Source of the DNA: a phage | DNA: 44,039 bases | Assembly: GCA_030821775.1 (NCBI GenBank) | Contig: GCA_030821775.1_4700.1 | Reading direction: 5' to 3' (one strand) | Shown here: one piece after another, positions 36,301-44,039 of the stretch | Position numbering within the stretch: position 1 is the first letter of the stretch | Layout: each line of letters begins with the position of its first letter | Program-made: the position numbers and the translations under genes | The notes under the pieces: generated by a model | Databases searched by the model: none | Told to the model about the DNA's origin: nothing | The model's input: the letters and a program-made list of their open reading frames with translations, nothing else

Positions 36301-37193
36301 CCCTTCTCCTTGGCGCTCATACGGATATTGGCGTCACCTTTCAGCTTCTCTGTATGCTGGAAGATACCCATATCCAAGTCAACTTCACGAGCCATAAGCG
36401 GTTCATAGTTACGAGCAGCCATATACGCGTCATACTCCATCGCCTCACGGACGGCTTTAGATGCAGACACGTCGAACTCATCAGCACCACGAATGACAGT
36501 ATCAAGGTCATCTACGGTTGCACGAGGTGTGTCTGTGTCAACACCACGGACACGCTGGCGAGTAGCCATCCCAATAGTGCCACCCATCACCATGCCGAAC
36601 CCAGCGGCAGCTAGTACGTCATCAGCTCCACGCTGGTAGTCACCCTGAGCCAGAACTGCTTCAAGTGAAGCGTTCTCAGCACCAGCCAATGCAGCCGTCT
36701 TGATAACTCGTCCTAACCGACCAACCTTGAATGCACCAGCAACCGGAGCGGCAGCGAGTGAAGCCGCCCAGCCAACAGGGTCGAAGATACCAGCGGCAAG
36801 CTGTGCAGCGAATCCAGTAAAACCATTACGGGCAAGAATCTCGTTACGGTCCTTGTCTGCCTGAGCGTTAGACATACGGAACTGTAACTCTTCTGGAGAT
36901 TGTGCGCCTTTAACAATCTCTTGCGCTATCTCATAACCGTGGAGTTTTGACAAATCTTCTACGGTTGACTCTGGAACAGCGTAACCATCTTGTGGTGTGA
37001 ACTCAGCAGTGCTACGTTCATACGCACGTTGACCACCATAGAGCATCCATTCGTTCTCTAAGGCAGTTTGCATTACCTTATCCTTCGCTCGTTGTTCCTC
37101 CAACTTACGCTCGGCCTCGGCAATCTGAGAGAAGGTAGGAGGTAACTGCCTTTGAGTTACACCTACCCAGCTTTGGCTAGTCAAATCAGCCAT
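33393..37193 (-). CDS. Internal virion protein, large (T7 gp16-like ejection protein)
   Basis: 1266-aa ORF with AAGGAGG SD, last and largest of the internal virion protein trio. Confidence 0.8.
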   Translation of the reverse strand: MADLTSQSWVGVTQRQLPPTFSQIAEAERKLEEQRAKDKVMQTALENEWMLYGGQRAYERSTAEFTPQDGYAVPESTVEDLSKLHGYEIAQEIVKGAQSPEELQFRMSNAQADKDRNEILARNGFTGFAAQLAAGIFDPVGWAASLAAAPVAGAFKVGRLGRVIKTAALAGAENASLEAVLAQGDYQRGADDVLAAAGFGMVMGGTIGMATRQRVRGVDTDTPRATVDDLDTVIRGADEFDVSASKAVREAMEYDAYMAARNYEPLMAREVDLDMGIFQHTEKLKGDANIRMSAKEKGRLKADIRQAESELAALQETRTAARAEHAAKKGAARNKVEALDTKVELQALARRFDAPIADATRRLEELQAKLRAVENVPAAKAELKRFSSLTREQQIKELGLEVPSRKVDMHSAVKEAVAAIKAEQAAKKTPTQKFDEAAQAEVEAKAAPDDSLSAARVKGSEIQGEQFYLSDKMEDLMDDLAREAYQSDVKPVSTFGLGSVSSVILNSKNPVFRGLGLRLLENAQGGAYQGKTASILSDVYNNLIRTADRNRYNDGFSQFLKDNNLRAIDYLNPAVTRDFNNQVYTAIVKGIPEDTPKGVKLAAEGMADKLKKALEIRKQAGEAGFENVQSARDYMPVIYDGIKITEAVNRLGSSEAVIALLSKGYQTGKYKLGKKSADALAKVQYIRASDSTLSSRVAFDRVISQQQQAQLIADLKSAGVPDSIIDNFIEGTELAEMAESVSNRAKASMGINTQAEYGGMKVQDLLNTNVATLVENYGKEAAGGAALAAMGFPTRQSVFNAIDAAERAGRNMAGSDAKAIKQLRAEADMLRDSVRLMYGNTIDADPNAGIVRGTRRLREVTGLLRLGQMGFAQIPELARAITKMGVGTVLKSVPATKFLRSRAGRKGGTAQGELLEPELREMEELVGYIGEDNWLTGWNTRHDEFGETADNLNKLSQIVDNGLAMGSRVNTWLSGFKAIQGGSEKIVARSINKRLKEHLSGGRKLPQADLDEIGLNEATMKRLQRHFDENPAYAEYNGEKVRMMNFDVMEPDLRETVGIAVRRMSGRLIQRNFIGDEGIWMNKWWGKALTQFKSFSIVSIEKQLIHDLRGDKIQAAQILAWSSLLGYASYATQMQMQAIGREDRDKFLKEKFDTNNIAMGVFNKLPQVAGFGLAGDTLATFGLMPDALMQAPGRMGFQQQGFGELVAGAGVIGDAVDFSKALVKYANGDDDVSTRQLVDKVRRLVPLANTIGIGQMTKASVDLLED

Positions 37194-37226
37194 ATTACCT
37201 CCTTAGTTAATGCCATTCATAAAGGC

Positions 37227-37244
37227 TGTCCAACATGTTAGACA
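37227..37244. repeat. Conserved palindrome, copy P8, between two internal virion protein genes
   Basis: TGTCCAACATGTTAGACA (one mismatch) with complementary AAGG/CCTT flanks, in the 66-bp gap between the two large internal virion genes. Confidence 0.7.
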
Positions 37245-37259
37245 ACCTTGAGTATGACA

Positions 37260-40205
37260 CTAATTGATCTTCACTCGCCCAATCTTAGTGTTTGCAGCGA
37301 GTTTGCCAGCGGCAGGCGGGTATACCTGCATCCAGCCGTTCTTGTCGATCTTGTTGAAATGAGACTTACTGACGAATGCCTCGGACATTTCACCAGCGAA
37401 CTTAACGTACATAGAGCCATCTGCACGAGTTTCTACTTCGCTAATCTTAGGAACAGCTCCACCACTCTGTGCTAGGTTGTAGGCTTCTGCACGACGAACC
37501 AATAGGCCAGTTTGACGCTTACCTTCGGAAGATGCAGTGGCTAGCATTTCAATAAACCCATCAGTAAACCGACCAGCCTTGAACGCTTCATATGCACGAG
37601 GTGACTTCTGGATGCCACCTCTACCAAGGTTGTAGCTTAAATCCATGATACCACGCTGTACACCGGGATGCATTTTGTCAAAAGGCACAGCCCAATCACG
37701 AGTAGAAGGTACATGGCTCTTCATGTCCTGCTTGAGAAGTTTCATAGCTCGCTCTGGTGTCAGTTGAGACTGACCAGCTTTGAACGGAACTTTCTCTGAA
37801 CCAATCATGATGTAGCCATTACGCTTCTCTTCGGCAGTCAGGAAGTGACCATATCCAACCGAATGACCATGTGCATCTTTGTACGGTGTGTACACGCCAG
37901 CAACTCGATCAAAGCCAACGTTCATCTGGTTCTCTGTCTTGGCTACATAGTCGAAGAATGTCTGGTTCTTCTTCTCGTAGCCGAACTCAAAGTTAGCAGG
38001 TAGGTTCTCACCAGCAGCAAAGGCAGGAGACATAAGGAAGTCAGCAATACCACGCTTGCCTACTGTCTTAGCAGTAACGTCACCTTTCTGCATAGGCTGC
38101 GCTTGGTAGCCACCAGCACCCCACATGCGCATCTGCTGTGCTTCAAAGTTCTTCTTAGCATCATCACGCTCTTTCACTTTAGCGTCGTAATGTTCCTTGA
38201 GCAACGCTTGTCCTTTAATTTCAGACAGTGGCATTGCTGGAGTGAGAGGCGTTCTGGCAGAACCCCCACGGATTGTGAACATACCACGCTTAGAATCAAC
38301 ATCAATGTAGATGTCAGATTCATCTAAACCTCCTGAATTATCAAGCAATTCCTGCTTGTGGTTATCGATGTACTGACGTAATGCTGTAGGTACATCATTC
38401 TGGTTTACACCTATAGTGTCACCTAAACCACGAGCATCACCTTTGACCAACACACCTTGAGTGAAGAAACCTTCGGAAAGCTGCGTATACTGAGATGTCA
38501 GATAGGATTGCAAGTGACGCTTGATGGTGTCATTGTTGTGACCTGCAATCTTCATCGCACGGGCGATAGTCATTGCATCATCCATCACAAGTGCTTTACC
38601 AGTGTCGCTCATGTTATCTCCAAGAGTTAACCAGCTACCACCAGCAATATCATCAACCACACCCTCAACATCACTGGACAATTCTTTGAGAACTGAGCCT
38701 TGCAACTTCTCACCTTTTGCAACGTTCTGAGCAAACTCAATCGCCTGACCCACGTTGTATCCCATCTGTAACGCCTTGTCGTAGTTCTCCACAAAGGCGT
38801 ACTCCTTGTCGCCCATCACTGCACGGCGGGAGTCTTCTGGAATAGAGTCACGCGCCATCATGATTGTCTTGAGCGCCTCCGGCTCTGCTGTCATATCCTT
38901 AAGGTTAGCAGAAGACATTTGCATCAGTGAGTCGTAACGAGCCTTGATGTTCGGGTCTTTGATGAGTTGCTGCCCCAGCTTGGCATATCGCATGATTTCG
39001 TACTTACCACGGATAGCCTCTGCCGCCTCTCCGGTTGCTCCGGTTCGTGCAATCTCATCGTTTGCCAGCTTGGTGAACACACCAGCGATACCTTCTGCAT
39101 AGTCGTTACGGTCTTTCTCACTAATGTCTTGCAAGCCAAGAGGTGAACCAGATTGACCGCGTGCAAGCAGGTCTTGCATCTTGGCTTCCTCTGCGTTCTT
39201 CTTAGCTACCTTGTCGAACAGTGATTTGATTTCACCGTCAGACCAAGCAGTGCCTCCAGAGATTTGGTTGTGATTCTGCATGATTTGCAGCATCTCTTCT
39301 CGGTCAAGCTCTCCAGCTTCGAATGCCTGAATCGCTGCATCCTTCTTCTCGAAGAGTGCAACCTGATTCTGAGCAGCCCAGTTACGGTTAGCTTGAATCT
39401 CGGCAGTCTGTAGCTTGCCATTCCGCTGGTACAGGGACACACCGTTCTTGTCTTTCAGAGACTTCGTTGCTTCAACAAAGGTGTCATCACCAACAGCAGC
39501 ACGCTCCATAGCAATCTGAGCAATCATCTCTTCATACTCAGGCTTGGTAAGCTGCATGGTGATAGCTTCCTGCTGTAGCTGGTGTAATGCGTCATCAAGA
39601 GCACCACCAGACAGACCTTCTGTAACCATCAGGACACGAGACTGCATAGCCTGTGTGCGCTCTTGTGCTTCACGTTCCAGCTTGGCGCTCATACGGGCAG
39701 CGAAGATTTTAGGTTGCTGCTCCATGAATGCGTTAGACACAGTACGCATGGTTTCTTTGTCCCCGATAAGTCCGGGGTACTGCTGGTATACTTTCTCCTG
39801 AATCTGGTTGCGGGAGTTAACAACCATTTGCTCCCACTCTTGGTCTGTGCCAGTGAAGCGCTTTGCTGCATCCTGTAATGCGATAGATTGTCCTATCACG
39901 TCGTTCTGCAACTGCACCAGCATATGTGCACGAGCGCCACCAACAGTGGCATCATCGGACGGCATCAGACCCTGCAAGGCTCGGTCATATTGACGAACCT
40001 TGTCATCCTCTACCGCCTGATTCATGATTTCCGTGCCTACCTTGGCGAATGCACCAGCGGCGCTAAACAGGTCATCAAGGAATGCGGAGCCTGTACGCTC
40101 CAGCACTGGCTCGCTTACCTGAATAGCGGAGGTGGAAGCACCACGCGGTGCTCCCTTAGATTGTACTTGCTGCAAGCCTTGCACTGCTTGCCGTTCAATT
40201 GCCAT
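37260..40205 (-). CDS. Internal virion protein with C-terminal T4-lysozyme-like domain (gp15-like position)
   Basis: 981-aa ORF with AAGGAG SD; C-terminal region contains YKDAHGHSVGYGHFLT, closely resembling the T4 lysozyme block YKDTEGYYTIGIGHLLT. Confidence 0.75.
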   Translation of the reverse strand: MAIERQAVQGLQQVQSKGAPRGASTSAIQVSEPVLERTGSAFLDDLFSAAGAFAKVGTEIMNQAVEDDKVRQYDRALQGLMPSDDATVGGARAHMLVQLQNDVIGQSIALQDAAKRFTGTDQEWEQMVVNSRNQIQEKVYQQYPGLIGDKETMRTVSNAFMEQQPKIFAARMSAKLEREAQERTQAMQSRVLMVTEGLSGGALDDALHQLQQEAITMQLTKPEYEEMIAQIAMERAAVGDDTFVEATKSLKDKNGVSLYQRNGKLQTAEIQANRNWAAQNQVALFEKKDAAIQAFEAGELDREEMLQIMQNHNQISGGTAWSDGEIKSLFDKVAKKNAEEAKMQDLLARGQSGSPLGLQDISEKDRNDYAEGIAGVFTKLANDEIARTGATGEAAEAIRGKYEIMRYAKLGQQLIKDPNIKARYDSLMQMSSANLKDMTAEPEALKTIMMARDSIPEDSRRAVMGDKEYAFVENYDKALQMGYNVGQAIEFAQNVAKGEKLQGSVLKELSSDVEGVVDDIAGGSWLTLGDNMSDTGKALVMDDAMTIARAMKIAGHNNDTIKRHLQSYLTSQYTQLSEGFFTQGVLVKGDARGLGDTIGVNQNDVPTALRQYIDNHKQELLDNSGGLDESDIYIDVDSKRGMFTIRGGSARTPLTPAMPLSEIKGQALLKEHYDAKVKERDDAKKNFEAQQMRMWGAGGYQAQPMQKGDVTAKTVGKRGIADFLMSPAFAAGENLPANFEFGYEKKNQTFFDYVAKTENQMNVGFDRVAGVYTPYKDAHGHSVGYGHFLTAEEKRNGYIMIGSEKVPFKAGQSQLTPERAMKLLKQDMKSHVPSTRDWAVPFDKMHPGVQRGIMDLSYNLGRGGIQKSPRAYEAFKAGRFTDGFIEMLATASSEGKRQTGLLVRRAEAYNLAQSGGAVPKISEVETRADGSMYVKFAGEMSEAFVSKSHFNKIDKNGWMQVYPPAAGKLAANTKIGRVKIN
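38412..38429 (-). promoter_or_regulatory. SP6-type promoter-like sequence inside the gp15-like gene
   Basis: Plus CTATAGTGTCACCTAAAC, one mismatch at the upstream end, within the coding sequence. Confidence 0.5.
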
Positions 40206-40214
40206 TTAAACTCC

Positions 40215-40883
40215 TTATCTTCCGATGCCAGAAGAGTAGGTTCGAGATTCCTTCCATGCAGTGCTAAGGTCTTTACCCAAATTAGAACCTGTCACGTAGG
40301 AGGTTGCAGCACTACCAAGGCCGGACACAAGTGAACCGAATGCAGACGGCTTACTGAATGACCGTTGTTGCATCTGTCCACCTGTCTGAATAGCCTTGGC
40401 TTGGTTGATGAAACCTTGCTGCTGATTCTCGAAGTTATCTACGATCTGTGCTTGGTTACGCCCAGCTTGACCAGACAGGTCATTAAGCATAGACGAAATT
40501 GATGCGCCTCCAGTACCGGATGCGCCAGCCATGAGTTCAACCTGTGCCTGCTGCTGTAGCAGGGATACTTGGTTTTGAATCAAGTCTTGGTGGAACTCTT
40601 TATTAGCCACACGCTCAGCATCGCCAAGTTGACGGTACTGCTCACGCGTGTTTATCATTTGCTGCTTCCACTGCTCCTTCTGAGCCTTCTTAAGCGCCTT
40701 GGCTTGGTCGCCGCCAGTTAAGAAACCAGTTAGGCTACTCAACAAAGAGCCACCCATAGCCAAGAGGCCAGAGTTGGAGAAGCCAGCGGTACTCCCGCCC
40801 AGCCAGCCCATAACAGAACTGGCTACGCCACTACTGCCAACCATGCTGCCAAGAGAAGCAGCGGCAGTTCCAACGATTGCCAT
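40215..40883 (-). CDS. Internal virion protein, small (gp14-like)
   Basis: 222-aa Gly/Ser/Gln-rich ORF with GGAGGG SD, start overlapping the tail tubular B stop; first of the internal protein trio. Confidence 0.6.
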   Translation of the reverse strand: MAIVGTAAASLGSMVGSSGVASSVMGWLGGSTAGFSNSGLLAMGGSLLSSLTGFLTGGDQAKALKKAQKEQWKQQMINTREQYRQLGDAERVANKEFHQDLIQNQVSLLQQQAQVELMAGASGTGGASISSMLNDLSGQAGRNQAQIVDNFENQQQGFINQAKAIQTGGQMQQRSFSKPSAFGSLVSGLGSAATSYVTGSNLGKDLSTAWKESRTYSSGIGR

Positions 40884-43294
40884 TATACCCTCCGCTTACT
40901 TGGATTGTATGTACCTTCCCACTCAATGTCACGTAGCTGCAACGTGTGCGGCGCTGTAGACTTAAGTCGGTATGTCACATCCGTACTTTTCGCACGTAAC
41001 GGAAACCGAACCACACCTTCGAATGGCTTCACGTAACCTACTCGGTTGGAGAGAGCACCGCCTCTACGGTTCGATGCCTTAACTGTGCGTGTTTTGCCAC
41101 TCTGAGTATTAGTAACTTCGATAGTGAAGTCAGGGTACTTATCCATGTTTAGGTGAACAAGACCGATGGTAGGTACGTCAATGTGTGAGGTACGCTCTTG
41201 CGAATCCTTGATGATGACAGGTGTAGGCTCAAACTCCTGAGAGTAAAGTTCACCCACCACACAATGAACGACAGAGTTCTCCTCACCTAAGTCGAAGGTT
41301 GTATACAATCGGTTTCCGTCATCTTCATGCTGGAAGAGGAACGAGCCACCAGTGTACGCAGGCCAACCTTTAGTGATGACACATTCCAGAAGTTCTGGAT
41401 GGTTCACCTCCCAAGGTAGGCGGCTGGAATACCAACCATCAGAGGCTTGGTCGTATGCAAACGATATAAGCGCTCGACGGTCAAGACGGATGCGATCATC
41501 TAGGTGATACTCCAAGGCATCACCCATGTCCATCTTCTCAAGGAACACACCAGATGTGCCACGCTCAATGATGACATATAAGGTTTCACTAGAGTAGAAC
41601 ATACCGCAAAGCCTTGCATCGCTAGGCCAAACCCACTTATGCCATGCTGCCTGTACACGCTCAGTCCCTTGCCACAACCAGTCATATACATATGCTACAT
41701 TTCGTCTCTTGTCGGTAAGGACAATGAGGCGGTTGATGTTAGAGCTAGCAATCATTGAGATGATATTACCTTCCAACAGTCGGTTCACATGACTTGTGAT
41801 GGGTTGTGCCTTCTTAGTGTCAGTGTAGGAATCTGTGTAGAACTCACGAACACCAGAGTATGCACCTTCACTAGTTGCGAACATTACAGACTCACCTGTA
41901 GCAACTGGCCTTACATGATTATTCACCTCGAAAGCTGTAGTTGGCCTCAGAAGTGCATTATCCTTGGTAAGTGCTTTATCTCCGGGAAGGATGAACTGAG
42001 AGTTATCTGAGAACAACACAGTGTCTCCATCCAAGGTTATTGCATGTTTTAACTGGTATACCTCACTTGCATCTGAGAAGATGTCGATTGGGTCGGTATC
42101 CAACGCTGATAAGACGGTGTACCTGAAGAAGTCGAAGAAATGTGAAGTACGAGTCATGATAACCGCTTCACCTGCGGTTACGCAGAGTCGGTTCTGCACC
42201 ATGAACATGCCACCAATCGTCTGAGGGACATCGTCATCAATGAAGGAAGGCATTGGGTTAGTCAAGTCATCGCCCACCTTCCTGTCTTCCCAGTCTCCTT
42301 GGCGAATAGTGAACTGTGCAATACCGTTAACAATACGGGTACGCTCGATGATATAAGGCATTGTTGCCTTGTCAAAACCTAGCTGCGCACCTGCTGCCAC
42401 CGTCTCTTTCCAAGTTACAAGGTTTCCCTCTTTCGGCTCTGCCTGTAACCAATATCGAGATTCAGGCTTACTTCCGGTAGGCCACACTTGTACCTTATAT
42501 CCCGCAGGAGCATGAGAAGGTAGCAGGTCAGTGGACGCCACTTTGTACTTGATTGCAACTAAGTCTTTACCCTTAGCTCCATCTGTGGTTGATACAGTAA
42601 AGTCTCTGCTTCCATCAGTTCGTGTGATGTAAATGCAGGTGTCTTCAAGCTGTACGCTGTAAGTTCCTCCCGTGACGAGTGCGTGCTTCTGTATCGACTC
42701 GTAAAGTTTGCTTGCGATGACCCCTGTCCTGATTTGCTCAACCTGCTCAGCGCTACCACCATCCGGTGTTTTGAATGAAGCTACAGTTGTTCCGTCTAAA
42801 CTTATACTGTAATTCGTACCATACTGACCGTAGGCGCAGAATACGATTGCAGTAGAGCCGACCTCTGGCGCTTTCTCTTGTCTTGCTTTGACTACCTTTC
42901 GTCGGTTAAGCATAAAGGTAACGTCAGCGATTGTCATAAACTGCACATCTTCTCTGGGGTTCTGGACTTCATTAAGGTACGTCATAGGTGCGTCCTGCGA
43001 AGACAGAGGACAACGATTCCCTGCTTTGTCGTAAATCTCAGGTACAACTCCTTTCTTCAAGAAGAAGAAATACTCTTCGTTATCATCTCCTCGGCGATAA
43101 TGGTGTAGCGCCATGTCATCTGTTGCCGAATCCATTAATCTGGCAGTATGGACTGTCCCCATTCGTGACTTGGTTCCGTCAACAACATCTGGAACCATGT
43201 TCACCATATCAGTACACTGACCGGGCAGGCGAACTGCTGGCGGTTGTTGGCTGATTCCTTGAATCTGCCTACCTAGTGAACCTTGTACCTCCAT
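40883..43294 (-). CDS. Tail tubular protein B (T7 gp12-like)
   Basis: ~803-aa ORF (track start at 43306 is TTG; ATG at 43294 has GGAGG SD and overlaps the upstream stop as ATGA); size and position match T7 gp12. Confidence 0.8.
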   Translation of the reverse strand: MEVQGSLGRQIQGISQQPPAVRLPGQCTDMVNMVPDVVDGTKSRMGTVHTARLMDSATDDMALHHYRRGDDNEEYFFFLKKGVVPEIYDKAGNRCPLSSQDAPMTYLNEVQNPREDVQFMTIADVTFMLNRRKVVKARQEKAPEVGSTAIVFCAYGQYGTNYSISLDGTTVASFKTPDGGSAEQVEQIRTGVIASKLYESIQKHALVTGGTYSVQLEDTCIYITRTDGSRDFTVSTTDGAKGKDLVAIKYKVASTDLLPSHAPAGYKVQVWPTGSKPESRYWLQAEPKEGNLVTWKETVAAGAQLGFDKATMPYIIERTRIVNGIAQFTIRQGDWEDRKVGDDLTNPMPSFIDDDVPQTIGGMFMVQNRLCVTAGEAVIMTRTSHFFDFFRYTVLSALDTDPIDIFSDASEVYQLKHAITLDGDTVLFSDNSQFILPGDKALTKDNALLRPTTAFEVNNHVRPVATGESVMFATSEGAYSGVREFYTDSYTDTKKAQPITSHVNRLLEGNIISMIASSNINRLIVLTDKRRNVAYVYDWLWQGTERVQAAWHKWVWPSDARLCGMFYSSETLYVIIERGTSGVFLEKMDMGDALEYHLDDRIRLDRRALISFAYDQASDGWYSSRLPWEVNHPELLECVITKGWPAYTGGSFLFQHEDDGNRLYTTFDLGEENSVVHCVVGELYSQEFEPTPVIIKDSQERTSHIDVPTIGLVHLNMDKYPDFTIEVTNTQSGKTRTVKASNRRGGALSNRVGYVKPFEGVVRFPLRAKSTDVTYRLKSTAPHTLQLRDIEWEGTYNPSKRRV

Positions 43295-44025
43295 CAGAAC
43301 CTCCAAGGACGTGGCGGGTAAGAGTCATAAGGCGAGTGAGAGAAACCCGCAACGTTCTGGTAGCCACCAGCCATGACACCAAACTGCGCCTGAGTTGGAT
43401 TATGTACAAGCATATTGAGTCGCTTCTGAGCAGACTGCTCCGCCTGTACGCTTGTGAGAAGTTGAGATGCGATAACTTGGTGAGTTTGCAGTTTAGTCTT
43501 GTCTGCAGCCTTAGACACAATGAACTCACACGCTGCATGATAGGTGATTGCCTGCATCACACTTGTAGGTAGATGCTCGAATGGTAACATCATAACCAGT
43601 GTCAGCCGGATATTGCCGTCACGGTTCACATGGCTACGCAGGTCGAACGTATGATTCCAAGTAGAGTACAGCTTACCTGCTCGCATGGTCATTGGGACTT
43701 TCTTGTCATTAAGACCATAACATTGCAGAACAGCCAAGGTATTGTTAGGTAGGTTCACTTCACCGTTTGAGTCTGGAGTTAGGTTCCAGTTAGGCTCACG
43801 GTTGAACCACCAGCCGTTCCCTTGGTTGTACTGGAAACGCTGTGACACAATATCGACAATCTTGTTCGCATCCTCTGCGTCCAAGTCACCAGACTCTAAG
43901 GAGTCCACACCTTCACGCCCAATGGCTCGCATACACACGTTGACAGCCTCTAACTTGCTATCAATGATGTTGAATGCTGCATCAGACATTAAGGATGTTA
44001 CATCACTTTCCTGAATAAGTGGCAT
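43294..44025 (-). CDS. Tail tubular protein A (T7 gp11-like)
   Basis: 243-aa ORF with AGGAGG SD; if the window is circular, its start follows the capsid terminator at position 1 directly. Confidence 0.75.
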   Translation of the reverse strand: MPLIQESDVTSLMSDAAFNIIDSKLEAVNVCMRAIGREGVDSLESGDLDAEDANKIVDIVSQRFQYNQGNGWWFNREPNWNLTPDSNGEVNLPNNTLAVLQCYGLNDKKVPMTMRAGKLYSTWNHTFDLRSHVNRDGNIRLTLVMMLPFEHLPTSVMQAITYHAACEFIVSKAADKTKLQTHQVIASQLLTSVQAEQSAQKRLNMLVHNPTQAQFGVMAGGYQNVAGFSHSPYDSYPPRPWRF

Positions 44026-44039
44026 GAATCCTCCTAAAC

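Noticed and set aside
1-44039. Integrase, repressor or other lysogeny functions, and tRNA genes
   Set aside because: No ORF showed integrase/recombinase or repressor signatures, and no tRNA-like cloverleaf was apparent in intergenic regions by eye. The gene set is that of a strictly lytic T7-like phage. A tRNA scan was not run, so small RNAs cannot be excluded.

Overview
The window appears to be one complete, circularly permuted genome (~44 kb) of a lytic T7-like podovirus of the SP6 group. Every convincing gene is on the minus strand. The RNA polymerase (18543..21161) matches my memory of SP6 RNAP closely, and about 12 copies of the SP6-type promoter (minus-strand ATTTAGGTGACACTATAG and variants) sit in intergenic gaps. 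Reading the minus strand from ~24.6 kb downward and wrapping through coordinate 1: early genes including an Ocr homolog, RNAP, a tandem-promoter origin-like region, primase/helicase, DNA polymerase, SSB-like proteins, exonuclease, endonuclease VII, phosphoesterase, ligase, two HNH endonucleases, a GNAT acetyltransferase, portal, scaffold, capsid, terminator, tail tubular A/B, internal virion proteins, tail fiber/adaptor, holin, terminases, a tandem pair of paralogous small proteins, endolysin, spanins and two depolymerase-type tailspikes. The non-coding 23.5-24.4 kb stretch holds short-repeat arrays and a sigma70-type promoter and most likely contains the physical genome ends. The most unusual signals are a conserved 18-bp perfect palindrome (TGTCCAACACGTTGGACA family, 8 copies), a frameshift-riddled homing-endonuclease-like gene, the paralogous pair after the terminase, and the dual-tailspike module. 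No integrase, tRNA or CRISPR was seen. All protein calls rest on motif recognition and synteny by eye; no search was run. Coordinates I derived myself (promoters, repeats, small ORFs, revised starts) may be off by a few bp.
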